Source: Nitrospirota bacterium (GTDB lineage Bacteria; Nitrospirota; UBA9217). Taken from it: a DNA stretch of 64,000 nucleotides. The stretch is taken from contig CAWBNQ010000001.1 in NCBI GenBank assembly GCA_963790205.1, positions 256,001 to 320,000 on the forward strand, read 5' to 3'. Within the stretch, counting starts at the first letter, position 1. Every line of letters begins with the position of its first letter. The notes under the pieces were generated by a model. That model was not told where the DNA came from, did not search any database, and saw nothing but the letters and a program-made list of their open reading frames with translations. Positions 61,010 to 64,000 of the stretch are shown in pieces. The position numbers were made by a program, and so were the translations under genes.

Positions 61010-61369
61010 ATGGCCAAAATACTCATAGCGGACGACAGTTTGTCAGAGCTCCAGATCTTCCAGGCAGCTCTGCAGCCGACCGGCCATACGCTCGTGTCCG
61101 TCATGGACGGCGAAGCGGCGGAGGCGAAGGTCAAGTCCGAGAAGATTGATCTGATCATCCTGGATGTCATCATGCCCAAAAAAAACGGTTTCCAGGTCTG
61201 CAGGGACATCAAGAGCAATGAGCAGTACAAGAACATACCCGTCATCATGGTAACGTCGAAGGACCAGGAGAGCGATAAGTTCTGGGGCATGAAACAGGGC
61301 GCCGATGAGTATTTGACCAAGCCGTTCAAGCCGGAAGACCTGCTGAAGGTCGTGAAAAAGTACATCTGA
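61010..61369 (+). CDS. Single-domain response regulator (PilH-like)
   Basis: ADDS, LDVIMP, TSKDQESDKFWGMKQGA, KPF. Confidence 0.88.
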   Translation: MAKILIADDSLSELQIFQAALQPTGHTLVSVMDGEAAEAKVKSEKIDLIILDVIMPKKNGFQVCRDIKSNEQYKNIPVIMVTSKDQESDKFWGMKQGADEYLTKPFKPEDLLKVVKKYI

Positions 61370-61387
61370 CCCGGGAGGGGTGCCCGT

Positions 61388-61880
61388 TTGGCCGAAATTG
61401 ACAATGACGTCACCGCCGAGGTGATCGATTTACTGCCGGAGGAGGAGATTACGGGTATGCCTCTTCAGTATGGGCGAGGACCTTTATGCCGTTCCGGTCG
61501 AACTGCTGACCGAAATCATCATTTCCCAGAAGATTTTTCCCGTCCCAGCCACACCGCCCCACGTCCTCGGGGTCATTAACCTGCGAGGCAACATCGTTCC
61601 GATCGTTGATATACGCCCCGCGCTTTCCCTGCCGCGGCAGTCAACTCCAGGCCAGATCGCAATCATAAAACAGGGCGCAGCGATCATCGGTATTGTCGTG
61701 GATAATGTCTCCGAAGTGGTTGCCGTGCCCCTCACCAAGGTGCTCGCCATCCCCGCGGACGCCGGCGGCCAGGCGGAAAAGGGCCGCAGTCGTTTTTTAA
61801 AGAGCCTCATTCAGCGTGAAGGAGGCGTTGCCGCGCTCCTTGACGTTCAACGGATTTTGGAAGAAATCAAGCTGGAGTGA
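61388..61880 (+). CDS. cheW: CheW/PilI coupling protein, probable +1 frameshift near 61448
   Basis: VP.TP.HVLGVINLRGNIVPIVD, GIVVDNV. Confidence 0.88.
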
Positions 61881-61926
61881 TTGTTCCCGGGCGCTCAAAC
61901 CATTCTGTCATGAAGGAGCAGACGCT

Positions 61927-63802
61927 ATGAAGATCAGAAACCCTTTTTATCGCCTGAGCATAAGAACGAAGATCGTGCTCATGATCCTGGGGATGTCCGT
62001 CATCTTCGGGTCCGGAATCCTTGTCTTCATCTATAACCAGATCCAGGTCACTCTTCGCAATGAGGCGATCAACAAGACGCTGATTCTGGCGGACGGCCTC
62101 AGCGTGAAGGCGGCGGAGCCCGTACAGGTCGAGGACCTCAATGCCCTCCAGTTCCTCCAGGGCGAGGCGATCAGCCAGCCCGACGTGGCCTACTGCTTCA
62201 TCAAGGACGGGCGCGGACGGGTCATCTCTTCCTCCTTCGAGGGGAATGCGGTGCCGCCGGTGCTCCAGACAATAAACACGCTGACGCCCGGCACGCCCTT
62301 CGGACCGCAGAGCGCGGTCGTCACGCTCAAAGACGGCACGATCGAGGTCATCGATATCGCTTCCCCGATCGGAGGCGGGACGCTCGGCACGGTGCATGTC
62401 GGGCTCAATATGACCCAGATCAAGAGCAACATCAGGGGTCTTCTGCTCAATATTATGCTGGTCGGCGTCGGCGCGCTCTTCCTGCTGACGGTCTTTACCA
62501 TGTGGCTCGCCACGAGGACCGTCGCCCCGGTGAAGGATCTGATGCTCGTTGCCGAGGCCCTCGGCCGGGGCGACCTGACGAAAAAGGCGAATGTGAAGAG
62601 GGGAGACGAACTCGGTCAGTTGGGCGAGACGTTCAACAGAACGATCGACCGGCTCCAGGGCCTGATCCAGACCGAGACCGACCGGGACCAGATGCAGCAC
62701 CAGGTCATGGACCTGCTCTCGGTGGTGAGCACCGCCGCGGAAGGCGATCTTACCGTGAAGGCGGAAGTGACCGCCGACGCCCTCGGTTCCGTGGCGGACG
62801 CCTTCAACCTCATGATCACCGGTCTTATGTCGCTCGTGACCCAGGCAAGCAACGTGGCGAACGAGATCCAGCGCTCCACCTCGGGCATTCTCCATTCGGC
62901 CGAGCGCATGCGGGTCGGCGCCGAGCAGCAGACGTCCCAGATCCGGACCGCTTCGGAATCGGTGCATGACATGTCCGTGACGACGCAGCGTATGGCCCAA
63001 AACGCCGATGCCGCGACCCAGACGTCGCTCAAGGCCACCCAGGCGGCGGTCAAGGGCGGCAGCGTCCGTGGCCGAAACCATCAAGGGTATGCAGCGCATC
63101 CGCGCCACGGTGCAGTCGACCGGGAAAAAGATCAAGGGCCTCGGCGAACGCTCGCTCGAGATCGGCGCCATCATCGAAGTGATCAACGAAATCGCGACCC
63201 AGACGAACCTGCTGGCGCTGAACGCCGCGATCGAGGCTGCCCGCGCCGGAGAGCAGGGCAAGGGCTTTGCCGTGGTTGCCGATGAAGTGCGGAAACTCGC
63301 CGAACGCGCCGCCCGCGCGACGAAGGACATCACCGGCCTCATCAAGGGCATCCAGGTTGAAACGAGCGAGGCCGTGACCGTCATGGAAGAGGGCACGCGC
63401 GAGGTGGAAGAGGGCACCAAGCTGGCCGACCAGGCAGGCGCCGCGCTCCGCGAGATCGAACAGATCGTAAAACAGACCGCCGGCCTCGTGACGGACATTA
63501 CGAAGGCGGCGGGAGATCAGGTGAAGGCAACCCACAATGTGGTGGGCACTATGGACAGCATCCTGAAGCTGACCCAGGAAACATCACACGGCGTGCAGGA
63601 CACCGTGACGACCATCAGCGGCCTTGCAGCCCTCACGAAACGGCTGCACGAGGCCATCGGCAGGTTCAAGCTCGGCAAGGAGGCCGCCGCACAACAGCCG
63701 GAGCCGGCCGCGAGCGAGCTTCCGACCCTTGAGAGTTTCCCCCCCATGGCGGAAAACGTGACGACGAGCGATGAGGAGATCAAGCTCGGCTTCCTTGAAT
63801 AG
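61927..63802 (+). CDS. Methyl-accepting chemotaxis protein (PilJ-like), +1 frameshift near 63061
   Basis: Two TMs, tandem [43 protein letters not shown] in the second frame. Confidence 0.9.
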
Positions 63803-63810
63803 ACGGCATT

Positions 63811-64000
63811 ATGGCTGCGCCCTTCGACAAATCAGGCATTATCGAATTTTTTCTTGTAGAGGCCGGAGAACACATCCAGAACCTCAATAAGGGACTGCTG
63901 TCCCTTGAAAAGGACCCTTCCGACGGCGCCATGATCGATGAGTTGTTTCGCGCCGCGCATACGCTCAAGGGCTCGGCCGCCATGATGGGCTTCCAGGGGA
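63811..64000 (+). CDS. CheA/ChpA-type kinase, N-terminal Hpt domain (partial)
   Basis: EFFLVEAGEH...LFRAAHTLKGSAAMMGF. Confidence 0.88.
   Translation, partial: MAAPFDKSGIIEFFLVEAGEHIQNLNKGLLSLEKDPSDGAMIDELFRAAHTLKGSAAMMGFQG

Overview
A GC-rich bacterial chromosomal window. Gene content and order (mfd with parvulin/SurA genes, dksA, two-CW protein, REC-DUF4388 Pil/Chp cluster) suggest Nitrospirota or a related deltaproteobacteria-like lineage; this is inference only. In order: (1) 1-4.6 kb, minus-strand mgsA (in-frame TGA), old-yellow-enzyme oxidoreductase, isochorismatase, ABC-2 exporter and USP. (2) 5.1-17.6 kb, a three-gene minus-strand locus: a 1094-aa exported transglutaminase-fold protein with an AT-rich hydrophobic C-terminal tail, an overlapping AT-rich membrane protein, and a 2703-aa secreted QW-barrel/CARDB/FG-GAP/Fn3-like protein. 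This is the best candidate for a poorly described polymorphic toxin/immunity/carrier system. (3) An IS1202-type IS with a 16-bp TSD. (4) Housekeeping block: tam, mfd, three PPIase/SurA genes, capA, rlmI, tRNA-Val(CAC), dksA, HD-GYP, Smr, icd. (5) An intact IS1111-type IS110 whose downstream non-coding region folds into a bridge-RNA-like loop with guides matching its own insertion site. (6) A 38-54 kb accessory zone: two IS3 copies (one in a vapC relic, one in a dead IS110), TAXI protein, a putatively sigma54-driven glmS, and five co-oriented IS110 right-end relics interleaved with cargo genes. (7) POT transporter, PaaK-like ligase and the start of a Pil/Chp-like chemosensory cluster. Several single-base indels in otherwise intact genes suggest consensus errors, so pseudogene calls are provisional. 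No CRISPR array or rRNA was seen.
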